Positions 1 through 12,835 of a DNA stretch of 64,000 nt are shown in pieces (position 1 is the stretch's first letter; each line of letters begins with the position of its first letter). The stretch spans positions 9,486,001 to 9,550,000 of the forward strand of contig CM022673.1 of assembly GCA_012295275.1 (NCBI GenBank). Reading direction: 5' to 3'. The stretch is from Chrysomallon squamiferum. Lineage: Eukaryota; Animalia; Mollusca. The position numbers and the translations under genes were made by a program. The notes under the pieces are model-generated. The model searched no databases, was not told the origin of the DNA, and saw only the letters and a program-made list of their open reading frames with translations.

Positions 1-728
1 CATACATCTATACATATATTTATACATTGTAACACACACACACATATTGGGTTGAGCAATAAGTCATTGCTGTTAAATTAAATTAAATCATTACATAGAA
101 GAAAACTTGAGCTTAATTGACAACAAGATGTAATTTAATCAAAAACATATTTTCCATTGTTATTTATCACTTCTTCCCAACAATTATAATTAAGCTTGTG
201 TTTTCTTCTACATAATGATTAAATTTAATTTAACTCCAATGACTTATTCCTCAACCCAATACATATATAGCATCATTATTTAGTAATCTAATTTAATTTT
301 TTTTTTTTTTTTACATTCTTAACTATAGGTCATATAGATTTATTATATTTACATATATCAGTAATCAGAAGTGTATTTAATCTGGGTTTTTTTTTTTTTT
401 TTTTTTTACTGGAGACAGTCACACACATGTACACTCATAAGATTGTGCTTTTATCAATTCAGTTGTCAACTTTAAATTAGTCCTGTGACAATGTCACTCT
501 TTTGATTAGGTGACGGAATGTTCACATGACAGGAAAAGCATATACGGGTGACCTACTTCTGAAGTGGGTCAGACAGGTGACGAGGGGGGGTGAGTGGGCA
601 GTTAACGTTGAAAGGGCAGGCAGTGTGTTGTTACCTCCATTTTGTAGATCATGTGGCAATACTGTCTTGTAATTAGTCACTGATGATAATATCTGTGTGT
701 ATGTGTGTACATATGAATTTATATATTG

Positions 729-736
729 TACATACA

Positions 737-768
<32 letters not shown>

Positions 769-798
769 CATACATACATACATACATACATACATACA

Positions 799-829
<31 letters not shown>

Positions 830-897
830 GTACATGTATATGTATATATATATGTGTGTGTGTATGTATGTATGTTGGGTATGTAGATAAATATATA

Positions 898-943
<46 letters not shown>
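729..943. repeat. Compound microsatellite (TACA)n/(TG)n/(TA)n
   Basis: Direct reading. Confidence 0.95.
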
Positions 944-944
<1 letters not shown>

Positions 945-1264
945 GGTTATTACTAAACATGGTTTGGCTAGGAAAAAGGGTAAGAATAATGCTGACAAAG
1001 ACATCAGCTTTTAGTTATCTTAGTTTATTTCAGTGTTTGTACCAGCATGTATAAAATACAAAATCACAGTCATATAGTGAACTTGGTTAGTAGGTCACAT
1101 TGATCAAGGTGGGAAAAAACTATTTATAGATGTACAGTAAATACCTATGTTAAATTCAGTGTGACAGTGAGTGTGCAGTATACAATGTATATTCAATGAC
1201 TAAGAATGAAATAATCAATACAGGACTGCGTAAAAGATTTTAACGTGCAGAATCAGATTGGAAT

Positions 1265-1740
1265 CAGAATAGGAAAGAAAAACAATAATAAGAATAGGGA
1301 TGAAAAAACAATAATAAGAAAAGGGATAGAAAACAATAATTAGAGTACTGTAAAAAACAATAATAAGAATAGGGAAAGAAAAACAATAATAAGAATAGGG
1401 ATAGAAAACAATAATAAGAATAGGGATAGAAAACAATAATAAGAATATGGATAGAAAAACAATAATAAGAATAGGGAAAGAAAACAATAATAAGAATAGG
1501 AATAGAACACAATAATAAGAATAGGTATAGAAAACAATAATAAGAATAGGATAGAAAATAAGAATAAGGATAGAAAACAATAATAAGAATAGGGATAGAA
1601 AACAATAATAAGAATAGGAATAGAACACAATAATAAGAATAGGGATAGAAAACAATAATGAGAATAGGGATAGAAAACAAGATTAAGAATAAGTATAGAA
1701 AACAATAATAAGAATAAGGATAGAAAACAATAATAAGTAA
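1265..1740. repeat. 25-bp minisatellite, unit AATAATAAGAATAGGGATAGAAAAC, about 18-19 copies
   Basis: Direct reading; explains the ORFs at 1215-1705. Confidence 0.95.
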
Positions 1741-2404
1741 ACCTTGTTTATTTAGATTATTGCACCAGAGGATGTAATGTGCAAAATGTATTTTATAAAA
1801 ATAAAAATTGTTTTGTATTTTTTTAATTTGTATGTATGTGTATATATGATATGGTATTAAATATCTGCCAAAATCTGCCCTTTTTCAAAATACACTTTGT
1901 TTTAACTTTTATTTAAATTTATATAATGTCAGAACTTGAAATAGAAGTACTGAGAATAGAAAAAGAAAGAAAATGACAAATGATAACAAAAAGTGAAAAT
2001 GCAATAAATTTAATCAATTTTATAAATTTTGTCTTTTTTCACAAACTGTCTGTTTTTAACCAAATGTGTTGCACAAAATGTTTTTTTTCTAAAATTAACA
2101 TTTCTTTTTATTCATTTGTGGAAAGTACTCGCGGCATTATTATACAGCAATAATCATGTATTATTTTGTATTTAAAAAAAAAAAAAGAATTTCCTGTTTT
2201 TTAATGTCAGTCGCATCACCAGAATGAAATGTCAGAGGGACTCCTGGTACTGGGATATCTCCCCCCTCCCAACTTGACATTTCACACCCTGTAAATTTGT
2301 GTATTTCAGAGAAACAGATTTTCAATTAATTTTTTAAGCTTTATATATATTTTTATAGTAATTTTCTTTCTCTTTTGTTTTTATTCATTTATTTTTGTTC
2401 TTAA

Positions 2405-2432
2405 TTTCTCTCTCTGTCTGTCTCTCTCTCTG

Positions 2433-2475
<43 letters not shown>

Positions 2476-2497
2476 TTCTCTCTCTCTATATATATAT
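2405..2497. repeat. (CT)n/(TA)n microsatellite
   Basis: Direct reading. Confidence 0.9.
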
Positions 2498-4131
2498 TAA
2501 GGGGAGAGATATATAGAAAGAAAAAGAGAGACATAGGTAAGTAAATAGATAAACATTCTCATATATATATAGAGAGAGAGACAGAGACAGACAGAACCAC
2601 TCATACACATGCATATCTAAGAGTGCCTGCCTCTGTTTTTGATTAAAATTAAGTATTCATCTACTTTCAATAGTCTTCCACGTTAAAACAATACAGACCC
2701 TTGTGTGTGTTTGTAACTGAATTAAAGAGAGAAAACAATAAATGAGAGACTCAGTTATTACTCAAGGGTGTGAGTCAATGAGATATTGAGTCTCGTGAGG
2801 CAAGTAGATTGAGAAAACTGATTAATGAGCAAAAGATACTCATTTCTCAGAGATCAAAAAAGCCAGACAGACAGATAGCAGGTGCAGATTAATTGTATAT
2901 GTAAAAATATTTATAATGATAAACAGGGAGAGGAGAGAAAAAGAATGATGGAGAGAGAGAGAGGAGAGAAAAAGAATAACAGAGAGGGAGAGAAAGAAAA
3001 CAACAGAGAGAGATATTGAATACAGACAAAGAGAGAGACTTAAAAAAATAAAAATATTTTAGTTTTTAAAGTTTTGTTTAGCATTTTATTTTATTTATTT
3101 TTCCTTTTGTTTTTACTTTTATAATTTCCTTCTTTTTTCCTCTTTTTTTATTTTGAAAAAAGAAATAAAAATTACCTTGAATTGTAACACATCCTGTCAT
3201 TAAGTCTGTTATCACCTTTTATCAGAAAACGTATCAAGGTATAAGTGCAGGTAAAAACTAATTACCTGTATAATTGCACAGGTTATCTGGTTCAACCATT
3301 ATCATACCTTGAAGACAGGATGTGAGTTTCAGTGGTTTGTTTTAAATAGCACCTAGGACGCGCACGAATTACTGGCATTATAACATGTACAGAAATACAT
3401 ATTTATCTATAATGACTAGATGAATTACATTATTTCCAGGCACCCTATGACATATGAAAACAGAGGGTGAAGGTATATTTAGACTGTAGAAACACTTATA
3501 ACTACATTACATAATTCATGATAGCATGCAATTTAACCTATGTGCCACAACCTTAAACATTATCTGAAAACTCTGTGAGATGGATGCTGAAAAATAAAAG
3601 GTTAAGAACGTTTGGTATATACAAATATATAGTGTTCTATAGTTGTATCGACATATAAATGACTGTACATTATCCAAATATACCCTGATGTGAAGTACTC
3701 TCCACATGTTCAGATATATCCACGTGTAAACAATTGTAATTAGTGAAAAGAGAATGTCAACAGAATGTTTACTTCAACTGTTACAAAATTCTCTGCAGGT
3801 ACTCAGATAATTATTTATGTTGTTTAATTCATCCACGTACAAATATGTCCATAAATGAATAACTAAACAATAGTTAAGTATGGTAATAAATGTTAATAAT
3901 ATGACTAATTTTATTATTACAAATGCTTTACAGAGATACCTTTCCATGCATTATTAATTGTAAATGTATATCTGTACAAAGATACAGATATAGACACAAA
4001 CTTATTTAAATATACCATATTACAGGATGTAATTAGACCTTACATGTTAATTTTTAATCTTCTTACTTGTCTCCAGAAATATAAGCAAGGATCAAACATT
4101 TTATAAACCTTGTTTTTCTCTTTAATTTACG

Positions 4132-4162
<31 letters not shown>

Positions 4163-4549
4163 ATATAACTTTAAATTATAATGTATAATTTATCATGTTT
4201 ACATATACATAAATGCATATTATAAACATTAATTAATACATAACAGCTGTATTTTTAACTCTGCTATTACAAATGCTGTACAGAAATGCAGACTCAACAC
4301 ACACACACACACACACAAGTAATTAAACACGTATAAATAATGATAACATGTTGCTGGTGTATTTAATAACACTGGCAGTGACAGGTGGTGGTGACAGCCG
4401 CTGTTTACACCTTTCAGGTAAATCAGTTACAGATTACTGCCATTGTCTTTCACTGAGAGTAAAGCAATGCAAGGTAAAATGTCCACTGGCTTCATCAGAA
4501 CTGCAATCCCTGAAAGTCTTTAACACTTCTGAATTTTTTCTTCTTTAAC

Positions 4550-4905
4550 TATTGTATAATATTATGGTTAACTTTATACGAGTAATGTTTATAGTTATGG
4601 TTAACTTTTATAAAGTTTATAGTTAATGTTAACTTTATATGAATAATGTTTATAGTTAATGTTAGCTTTATGCCAATAATGTTATGGATAGGGTTAACTT
4701 TATACCAGTGATGTTAGGGTTTAGGTTAACTTCCAGTGGTTCTAGGGATTTTATACCAGTGAGGTTACAGTGGGAGATACTTCATACCAATGTTATAGTT
4801 AGGCTTAGCATTATAAGCAGTAATACTAAGATTAAGGTTAAGTTTATATCAATGATATTGTCATTAACATTATATCAGAGACATTAGTGTTAGTTTTATA
4901 CTATT
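4550..4905. repeat. Degenerate ~33-bp minisatellite (GTTAACTTTATA..AATGTTTATAGTT)
   Basis: Recurrent gttaactttata / tttataccagtga / gttatagtta motifs. Confidence 0.7.
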
Positions 4906-5481
4906 TATATCAGAGTGAACTGTCTTAATTTAGGAAAATATAAAAGTGATGAAGGATTAATGTTAATGGTTCAAGAATACTGGAAATAATCATATCAAAA
5001 CCTGTTTCAATGACTTGGTTATAATGGGTTGTAGTAATAGTTTGAGACAACAGAGAGGGATCTAACTCAAAGAGACAACAGGTTATACTATAACTTACAG
5101 TAGCATATTCTGCAAAGAAGATCAGTTTGCATTCACACTGACAGACGTACAAGAATAGCTGTACAAGATAGTTAGGTAACATCTGCTGATTAAAGATATA
5201 TCTGCACAGTTTTATGGCTCAAGTGCTGTCTATAAATTACATGTTTTATATTACAACTACACAGTGCTCTATACATATATATTTTAACCATTAAAATTTA
5301 TGAGTTTGTTTAGCTGGATCTTGAAATTTATAATCTTGTAATCTTCAGATTGACTCAAATACACTGATAATATTTATTGCTGAAATCATTACAAACATTA
5401 AAAAATCTGAAGATTATTATTTTTTTTAAATGTATTTAATTTTTATTTAATTTTTATTTAATTTGTTTTTTTAAATTTCAG

Positions 5482-6171
5482 CTGAAGAGTGTGGGGCCCA
5501 AACTGGTTCCATTCTTCAAAACGGTGGCCATTTTCTTCGTTCTGTTCGGAAGAGAAGGAAGCACGTCTCTCTTCTTCTGCGTGGTGAAATGTCTGCCGGT
5601 CGTCTCGCTCATCCTCTTCGTGCTGCTGCACGGGATGAACCTCTCCGAGTACTACCGCTACTCCAGGCGCATCCTCATCGGCCTCATCTTCTCCTGCTTC
5701 GGTGACATCTTCCTCGTGTGGAAGGACACGTCGATGAACTTTGAGATAGGACTGCTCATGTTCGCGGTGGCGCAGGTCGAATACGCTCGGGCCTTCGGCT
5801 GGAAGCCCCTCAACCTGTACGCGGGGGAACCTTCCTCCTCATCGGCTCCCTCGTCTTCTACCAGCTCCAGACGGCCATCGATGGCATCATGGTCTACCTC
5901 CTCGCCCTCTACATCACCCTCATCTGCACCATGGCCTGGCGGGCAGTGGCCAGGGTCCAGTTCTTCGATGACCTCTGGACGTGGACCAAGCTCTGCAGCT
6001 GTGCTGGCGCCATCTGCTTCCTGCTGTCCGACTTGACCATCGCAGTGGACAAGTATCTGTTTGCCGTGCCCTTCGCGCATTCAATCATCATGCTGACCTA
6101 CTATGCGGCCCAGCTTGGAATTTCCTTTGTCTGTCGTGGACAGTCCTATCGAAGAACTTCTGACCAGATGA
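5482..6171 (+). CDS. TMEM86A: Lysoplasmalogenase-like protein TMEM86A (YhhN family), large terminal coding exon; two homopolymer indels in this sequence; short first coding exon not identified
   Basis: Acceptor ttttaaatttcag| at 5481, then LKSVGPKLVPFFK..KCLP..GLIFSCFGDIFLVW..GLLMFAVAQ..AFG. After a frame change at the G-run 5823-5827 it reads ..MAWRA..GAICFLLSDLTIAVDKY..IMLTYYAAQLGI. After a second change at the T-run 6126-6128 it reads SLSVVDSPIEELLTR*, with TGA at 6169-6171. These motifs match metazoan TMEM86A (GPKLVPFFK, GD and SD motifs, TYY.AQ). Confidence 0.9.
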
Positions 6172-6192
6172 ACATTATGATCTGTTAAGATA

Positions 6193-6198
<6 letters not shown>

Positions 6199-6233
<35 letters not shown>

Positions 6234-6250
6234 CAGGAGATTAGAAATTT

Positions 6251-6300
<50 letters not shown>
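6199..6300. repeat. Two (TA)n tracts just downstream of the TMEM86A stop
   Basis: Direct reading. Confidence 0.9.
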
Positions 6301-6304
<4 letters not shown>

Positions 6305-7959
6305 ATGATATATATTATATGAGATATGGATACCCCAGATATGTTTGTATAGGTGATATGCAATATCCAATATACTGTATATGTATGGATATCTCTGATA
6401 TATAAGTATAGGTGGAATGCAGTATTTCTGATCTATCTCTCTCTATATATACATATATACACATACACATATATATATCTGTGTTGTTTATATATAGTAT
6501 ATACCTAATATTTTTATTTTGTCAGATATATTGTATATAAACACACATACACAAACACACACACTCTACATTCATACATACATACAGAATGATGCAGCGT
6601 GTTATATCTAGGGTATTACATATTTGGCTGATACTATAACTTGTGGAGAGTGATATGTGATATTAATATTTTGTTGATATGTGTAGGTGGTACTAACATT
6701 TATATTTCTAAGTGTTGATTTCAGTAATATTGCAGTGTTGATACCACATTCATATATGAGGGTGATTATGACATTTGGATATCTGTATCAGTGACAATAA
6801 TTATTGATACTCTTATCAATACTTTAAATGGGACTGGTCTCTGATAAGTGTTGATGGTATGTTGAAGATACTATATCAGTGATACATTTAAATGAACAGT
6901 GATACTGAGGTTTATAGATGATACTATTACTTATATGTGTGTGTATGATGCTAACACTAATATATCGGATGATCTTGGATGATGATACATCATTAATATG
7001 TATTGGCATCTGATTGGGTGATTTGGTTTAAAAAGGTGTTAAATGCATCAACTTGTTACAGTTCTTAAGAACTGAACGATTTTCTACAAATGGATTTAAA
7101 ATTTTCCCTATGTTAAACTTTTTTCAAATGTAAAATATATATTATGATATGCATGGTTTGTGAAATACTCTGGTCTAATTTGTTTGCTTAAAAGGATAAT
7201 ACTAATTTTACTGAAAATGTTTTTATATATATATGTATGTATATATATATATTTTATGAATAATTATGAGAGGTAATACTAAGTTTGTGTAAATTTTGTT
7301 TCATAACATATATATCCTTAAACATATATACACACTGAGAAGGAGAATAAACATTTGAAACAATGGATAATTATAAAAGTATTTAGATTTTAAATTTTTT
7401 TTTTTTTTTTTTTTTTAATTATTATAATTATTTTATTAGTGTTTTTGCACCTAGTCAAGGAAAGTGTTATATACTGATTTTTATTTCACAGTTGCAATAT
7501 TTTAATTTATGCTACATTATGTAACTCCAAACTTTCAGTTTAAATAATTTAATATAAAAAAAAATGAGATTCAGCCAATACCTTTCATTCTGATGGGAAA
7601 AAAAAAAAAAAAAAAAAAATAAAATAAAATAAAACCCCAGAAAAAAAGAAAAAAAAAAGATTGTGAAAAACTTTATAAGTTTAACCAGTGTTTGTTTATT
7701 TTCAAATGTAAAAATACTATTATTATTATTATTTTTTTTTGCTATATTTAATATATTCACTTTCACTGCAAAGTTCTTTCATCAAGGGTGTCACTTAAAT
7801 GATTCATAAACAGTTAACTTACTTTTTATTTGTTTTAAAATTTCACACTTACAACATGTACTGTATTTTGATATTGTGAGTCAAACTGGCTGCACATAAG
7901 TGTAAAAGAGTTAATGTGTAGTACTTTGATACCTCACAAAAAGGTCCAGGACAATGCAT

Positions 7960-8435
7960 TTTATCAAAACGGAATGCATTATTCAAAGTCCAAATGAATA
8001 AATTTATATTTTGTTGCAGTGAATAAATATATTAATTATGACCAAACTCAATTCATTATTCAGAGACAATCTGTTATTATTCATTTTGAACGTGAATATG
8101 ATTTGCATTAAGAAATTGTACTTAATCATTGTGAATTATTTTGAAAATTAATTACATTGTGAAAACGAATAAACTGATCATTATGAATACTTTATTCATT
8201 ATCAAGCTCCACATACTGTCAAAATTAAGTAATAATAGGTAATTTGCCACAGCAATGGTCAAGTGGAATTAATTTATTCATTTTCAGAACTAATTATTAT
8301 TAAGCTCAAATACATGTATTCATTTCCAATATAACATTCAATCACTGTGACTATATCCATTTCCCCCGCACGAAAGAAAAAAAACTTATTAACTTCACAA
8401 TTATAACATTTATTCATTGTTAAAATGAATATGTA
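7960..8435. repeat. Highly degenerate tandem repeat (TTTATTCATT..TGAAT core)
   Basis: Recurrent ttattcatt and tgaata motifs at roughly regular spacing. Confidence 0.5.
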
Positions 8436-9222
8436 TTACTCTGCACTCACGAAAACAAACCAATGCAAAAAAAAAAAAAAAAAAATGTATAAAATGCATT
8501 TTGTGTTTCAAAACACACGTTAGTCAGTTTTTATTTTACACCGATTTAATTTAATTTTTTGCTGTTTACATGTGTAATTAGATGTATCCTTATTTTCTTT
8601 TGTTATTACTGTATTTAGGGCACATAACATTTTTATTTTTTAAAAATGTAGAATATGTCGGTACTAATATTTATTATTATTATGTGCAATGTATAATTAA
8701 TTTGATGTTATTTAGTTAGTTTGATAATGTAAAAATGAGGAAATTGTTAGTCATATTTAAAAAAAAAAAACATTTAATTATTTAATTTAATTTAATTTTG
8801 TTTTATTATTATTATTATTATTATTTTTTATAAATGTAGTATTCAAAAGAATTTTCTTCTAGTAAATAACAACAGGTTACAGAATCAATGAATTAATGTT
8901 AATAATCAAGATGCATTTATGATATTTTATATCAATAAAAAAAACAATAACAATCAGGAAAAAAAAAAAAAATAATTTACAAATGAAGTCATACATATAT
9001 CCAGTCACTTATCAGGCAAATACAAACACTTATAACAAATTTTAGGGTTAGCTGAAGAGCAAACAGTAAACATTTTGAAATTGTTACATTATTGATATGT
9101 ATATTATTTCAGAACCACCAGGACTAGAGTATAATAGTTAATGTAAAGTAATTTTTTAAAATAATATTATTATTTAAATATTTTTGTTTGCACTGCCAAA
9201 TCAAACAATCAACCAAACAAAA

Positions 9223-9262
<40 letters not shown>

Positions 9263-11798
9263 TAAAACAGGCCAAAGAAAAGAATATTTAATATTGTAAT
9301 TTATACCACATATTTGTTAATGTCACGTGTAGGTTTGTCTCCCCTGACCCATCTAGATTAATTTTAATTTAAATGTTTTAAAACTTTGAGTGTTTTAAAT
9401 TTCAGTTTGTTACACTGTTACTTTATTTTTTATTAGTGTTTTTTTTTTTTTTTTTTATTTTTTTAATATATTTATTATTATTATTATTATTATGTTAGTT
9501 TGCACTTCTGTTATTAATTTTCAGAAATAATTTCTTTGAGCATTTCTTCTTGCTAGAGTGCTTTTGTAAATAATAAATTAATGTTGTTACCATATATTCT
9601 TGCCATGACCTGTTTTTTTTTTAGATGGTTTACAGCAATCCAGACTTCTTAGATGTCTATTTAAAAATACCTTTCATTTTACATTGGTGCATTTCAAATT
9701 ATAATAATAGTTTATTATGATTATAATACAATTTTAAGGACTTAATAATATAATAATTTAATTTATGGTAAAGAAGTTTTAATTTTTCTTGTCTTCCAAT
9801 CTTAACTATTATTATTATTATTATTATAACATTAAAAAAGATATTCTGAATTTTTTCTTTATTAAATCTTTATTCTTCAGCACAGAGCAGATTAATATAG
9901 TTGTTTAATATACAGAAGTAAAACTGTCATGTATTTTTCAATTTTTAAAAAAACAAACATTTTTATTGTTAATTAATTTCTTTATTTAAAAAAAAGATAT
10001 CAATAAATAAAATCCCAAAACCAAAATCAAAAATCAAAACATGCCAACTTTTTAATTAATTAAATTAGTAAAACAGAAACAAAATTTTTAATTAATTACT
10101 TTAAAGTAAAACAGTGCCAAAATTTTTGGGTTTTTTTTGTAATTGATAAATCAAGGAAAGTGATTATATTCTCATAATTATACAACTTTCAGATCTGAGA
10201 AACATGTAAAAATTATGTACAAATTTTCAAGGTACAGGGTTCTTTCTTTTTATATAATTAGCTAATTAACAGAGAAATTAATATTGTACAGAAATTTCCA
10301 ATTTATTACTTACTTTGACATGACTGTATTTGGTGTCTTGTTATTTTCTTTCAGTTACAGTGTTTTAAAAAGTATTAAATAAATAAATAAAAGATAAATA
10401 AATAAAATAAAAACTATTTAAAAAAAAATAATAATAATAATGATAATAATATCAATAATTTAAAATTATTTCATTATAGACATATAAAATGGCCCATGGT
10501 TAATACAGTTTTCAGAATGCACACTTAAAACATAGTCACAGTAAAACAGTTCATTCATTCCAGTATTAAAGTGTGAATTGTGATGTGTATTAACCTTTTG
10601 TGATAACCAGTTTATAGTGAAATTACAGTCTTTCAAAACAACAAGTTCTTGTAAACATAAAAAAAAAAAAAAAAAATCATTTTTTCAATATTATTACTAT
10701 TATTATATTGTAAATTTTATTATTTACATTTTAGTTTTGACTAATGGTTCAATGCTAATTATATTTTTAGTTTTATTTTTTATTATAATTCTTATTATAA
10801 TTTTCTATATATAAAAAAATAAATAATTATTTTCACATTTAATTTTTTTTAAATTTATATTGTCATCTTTGAAAGTTAATTAAACTTTTATAAAAATTTT
10901 GGTTTTTGTTATCTGAAAAGATATCAAAGTGATTGCCACTTTAAATTAAAATTCTTTTCAACATAAAGTTTTTTTTTTCCTTTTCTCTTCTTTTTTTTTA
11001 TTCAAAGAATATTTCAAATCCAGGATCCGTTTTCCACTTTCTTAAAAAAATCTATTAAATTTATTTTTATTTTCACAAATATTTAATTATAAAAAAAAAA
11101 AAATAAGATTTTAATCTCAAGAATGTGTTTCAAAATAAGTTCTTTTTTTTTCATTATTTTTTTTTTCCATTTTGTGTGCACAAATTCATCCTTTTGAAAT
11201 ATATATATTTTATAAATGTATATTTTTGTGTCCATAAAAGATTTCTAAAAAGACAACAGAAAAACAGTCAAATTGCCTATTCAGCATTCAAATAGTAGCA
11301 TTTACTATTTTGAAATGTGCTTGTTTATGAATAGTTTTATATAAAGGAAAAGAAAAACAGTTGAAATGAATTCTGAATAATGAAGCAGTTACATTTAGCA
11401 TTTTGAATTGTGCTGATCTAGAAATAAATTTGTTCAAAATAAAAGAAAGAATTAAACTGAATTTTGAAGTCTGTAACAGTATGTTCAGCATTCTGAAATG
11501 AACTTGAGCCAAACTGTCATGCCAATGTATTTTACAATGCACAAGGCAATGCAAAAACTTTATTTTCTTTGTGTTATGTTGTAAATATGATCACATTGTT
11601 ATATATTCAAGGTGTGCTTTTCTTGAAGTTTTGTCAAGTTGTTATATTGTACTAATTTTGTTTTTTTTATGATGTACTTTAATTAATTTAGATGACTGTA
11701 ATATAGGTAGATGTTGCTAATCAATATAAATTATTTAAAGGATACAAAAAATAAAAATGTTAAAATATGATTTTTGGTTTGGGTTTTTTTTATTTCAC

Positions 11799-11829
<31 letters not shown>

Positions 11830-12007
11830 TTTATTATTATTATTACTACTATTACTATAATTTTTTCATTTAAATTTTTTTTTTTTAAGAAATGTTTTAG
11901 CCACAGAAGTTTTCTTTTACTTTTTAAAAATTATCTTTTATTGATTAATCAGAGAAGTTTTCTCTTCATTTTTTTTGTATTTTGTGAAAATAATTTGTGT
12001 ATTTGTA

Positions 12008-12095
12008 CATATTATTATTATTACTACTTCTACTACCATTACTCCTATTATTACTATTACTACTTCTACTACCATTACTCCTATTATTATTATTA
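12008..12095. repeat. 39-bp tandem duplication (TATTACTACTTCTACTACCATTACTCCTATTAT..)
   Basis: Two near-identical copies. Confidence 0.85.
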
Positions 12096-12524
12096 TCAAC
12101 TGTAAATATTTTAAAATATTTTAATTGTTGTGATAAGAAGATTTAATTAAACAATGCATTTTTATTATCTTTATTAATAAAATATTTTACTTTTTTTATT
12201 CATTTTGTTAATCGATTTATTTTTATGATCTGGATTAGTCAAATGTTTTTCGGTAAATTCTTAAATAGAGGACATTTGTTTTGTTTCAAAAGTTATTTTA
12301 ATTATCTTATTATTTATTTGTTTAATTATAAAATGTCATAAAGTTTTTTCTTTGTTAATTTGATCATTAAAATTTGTTTTTCGCCAAGAAATAATAATTT
12401 TCATTTATTATTATTATTAAAATACATATTTTTTTAATTCCTAATTGTGTAACATTGTCATTTCAATCTAACTTATAAGAAAAATAATGTTAACAATTCT
12501 CAAATGGAGTACTATAAATTAAAA

Positions 12525-12555
<31 letters not shown>

Positions 12556-12627
12556 TTTATTTATTTATTATTTTAAAATGTTTATTGTTGCTAATAACTT
12601 GTGTTCACTTTAACAATGAAAAATGTT

Positions 12628-12633
12628 AATAAA
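12628..12633 (+). terminator. Candidate distal poly(A) signal of TMEM86A
   Basis: AATAAA followed about 15-30 nt later by GT/T-rich ttgttttgttatggttt; AATAAA is common in this DNA, so support is weak. Confidence 0.2.
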
Positions 12634-12829
12634 ATTCTGAAAAATAATTGTTTTGTTATGGTTTACATTTTGAAATATTTGACATTTTTTTTACTTCATT
12701 TTAAATTTTAATAACATTTTTTTTTTTTTTTTATTTAAATACTACTACTACTACTAATATTATTAATACTGATAATTTAAAAGCAAAAATAAATAAAAAC
12801 AAAGATACTGGATAATTTCAAATAACAAT

Positions 12830-12835
12830 TTTATT
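12830..12835 (-). terminator. Candidate distal poly(A) signal of STK38
   Basis: AATAAA on - followed by U/GU-rich tctttgtttttattt; lies close to where the local T/A skew appears to switch. Confidence 0.25.

Noticed and set aside
522-1705. Overlapping ORFs of 67-160 aa
   Set aside because: Translations of (TACA)n, (TG)n and the 25-bp minisatellite; no coding signal
5821-5835. Programmed ribosomal frameshift at GGGGGAAC
   Set aside because: A second, opposite shift would also be needed at 6126; two homopolymer indels are more simply explained as consensus errors
5658-6080. 140-aa antisense ORF over TMEM86A
   Set aside because: Expected shadow ORF of a GC3-rich coding exon; no recognisable domain
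5482-6171. Horizontal transfer of a bacterial yhhN gene, suggested by high GC
   Set aside because: Starts at a spliceosomal acceptor and carries the metazoan TMEM86A N-terminal motif GPKLVPFFK
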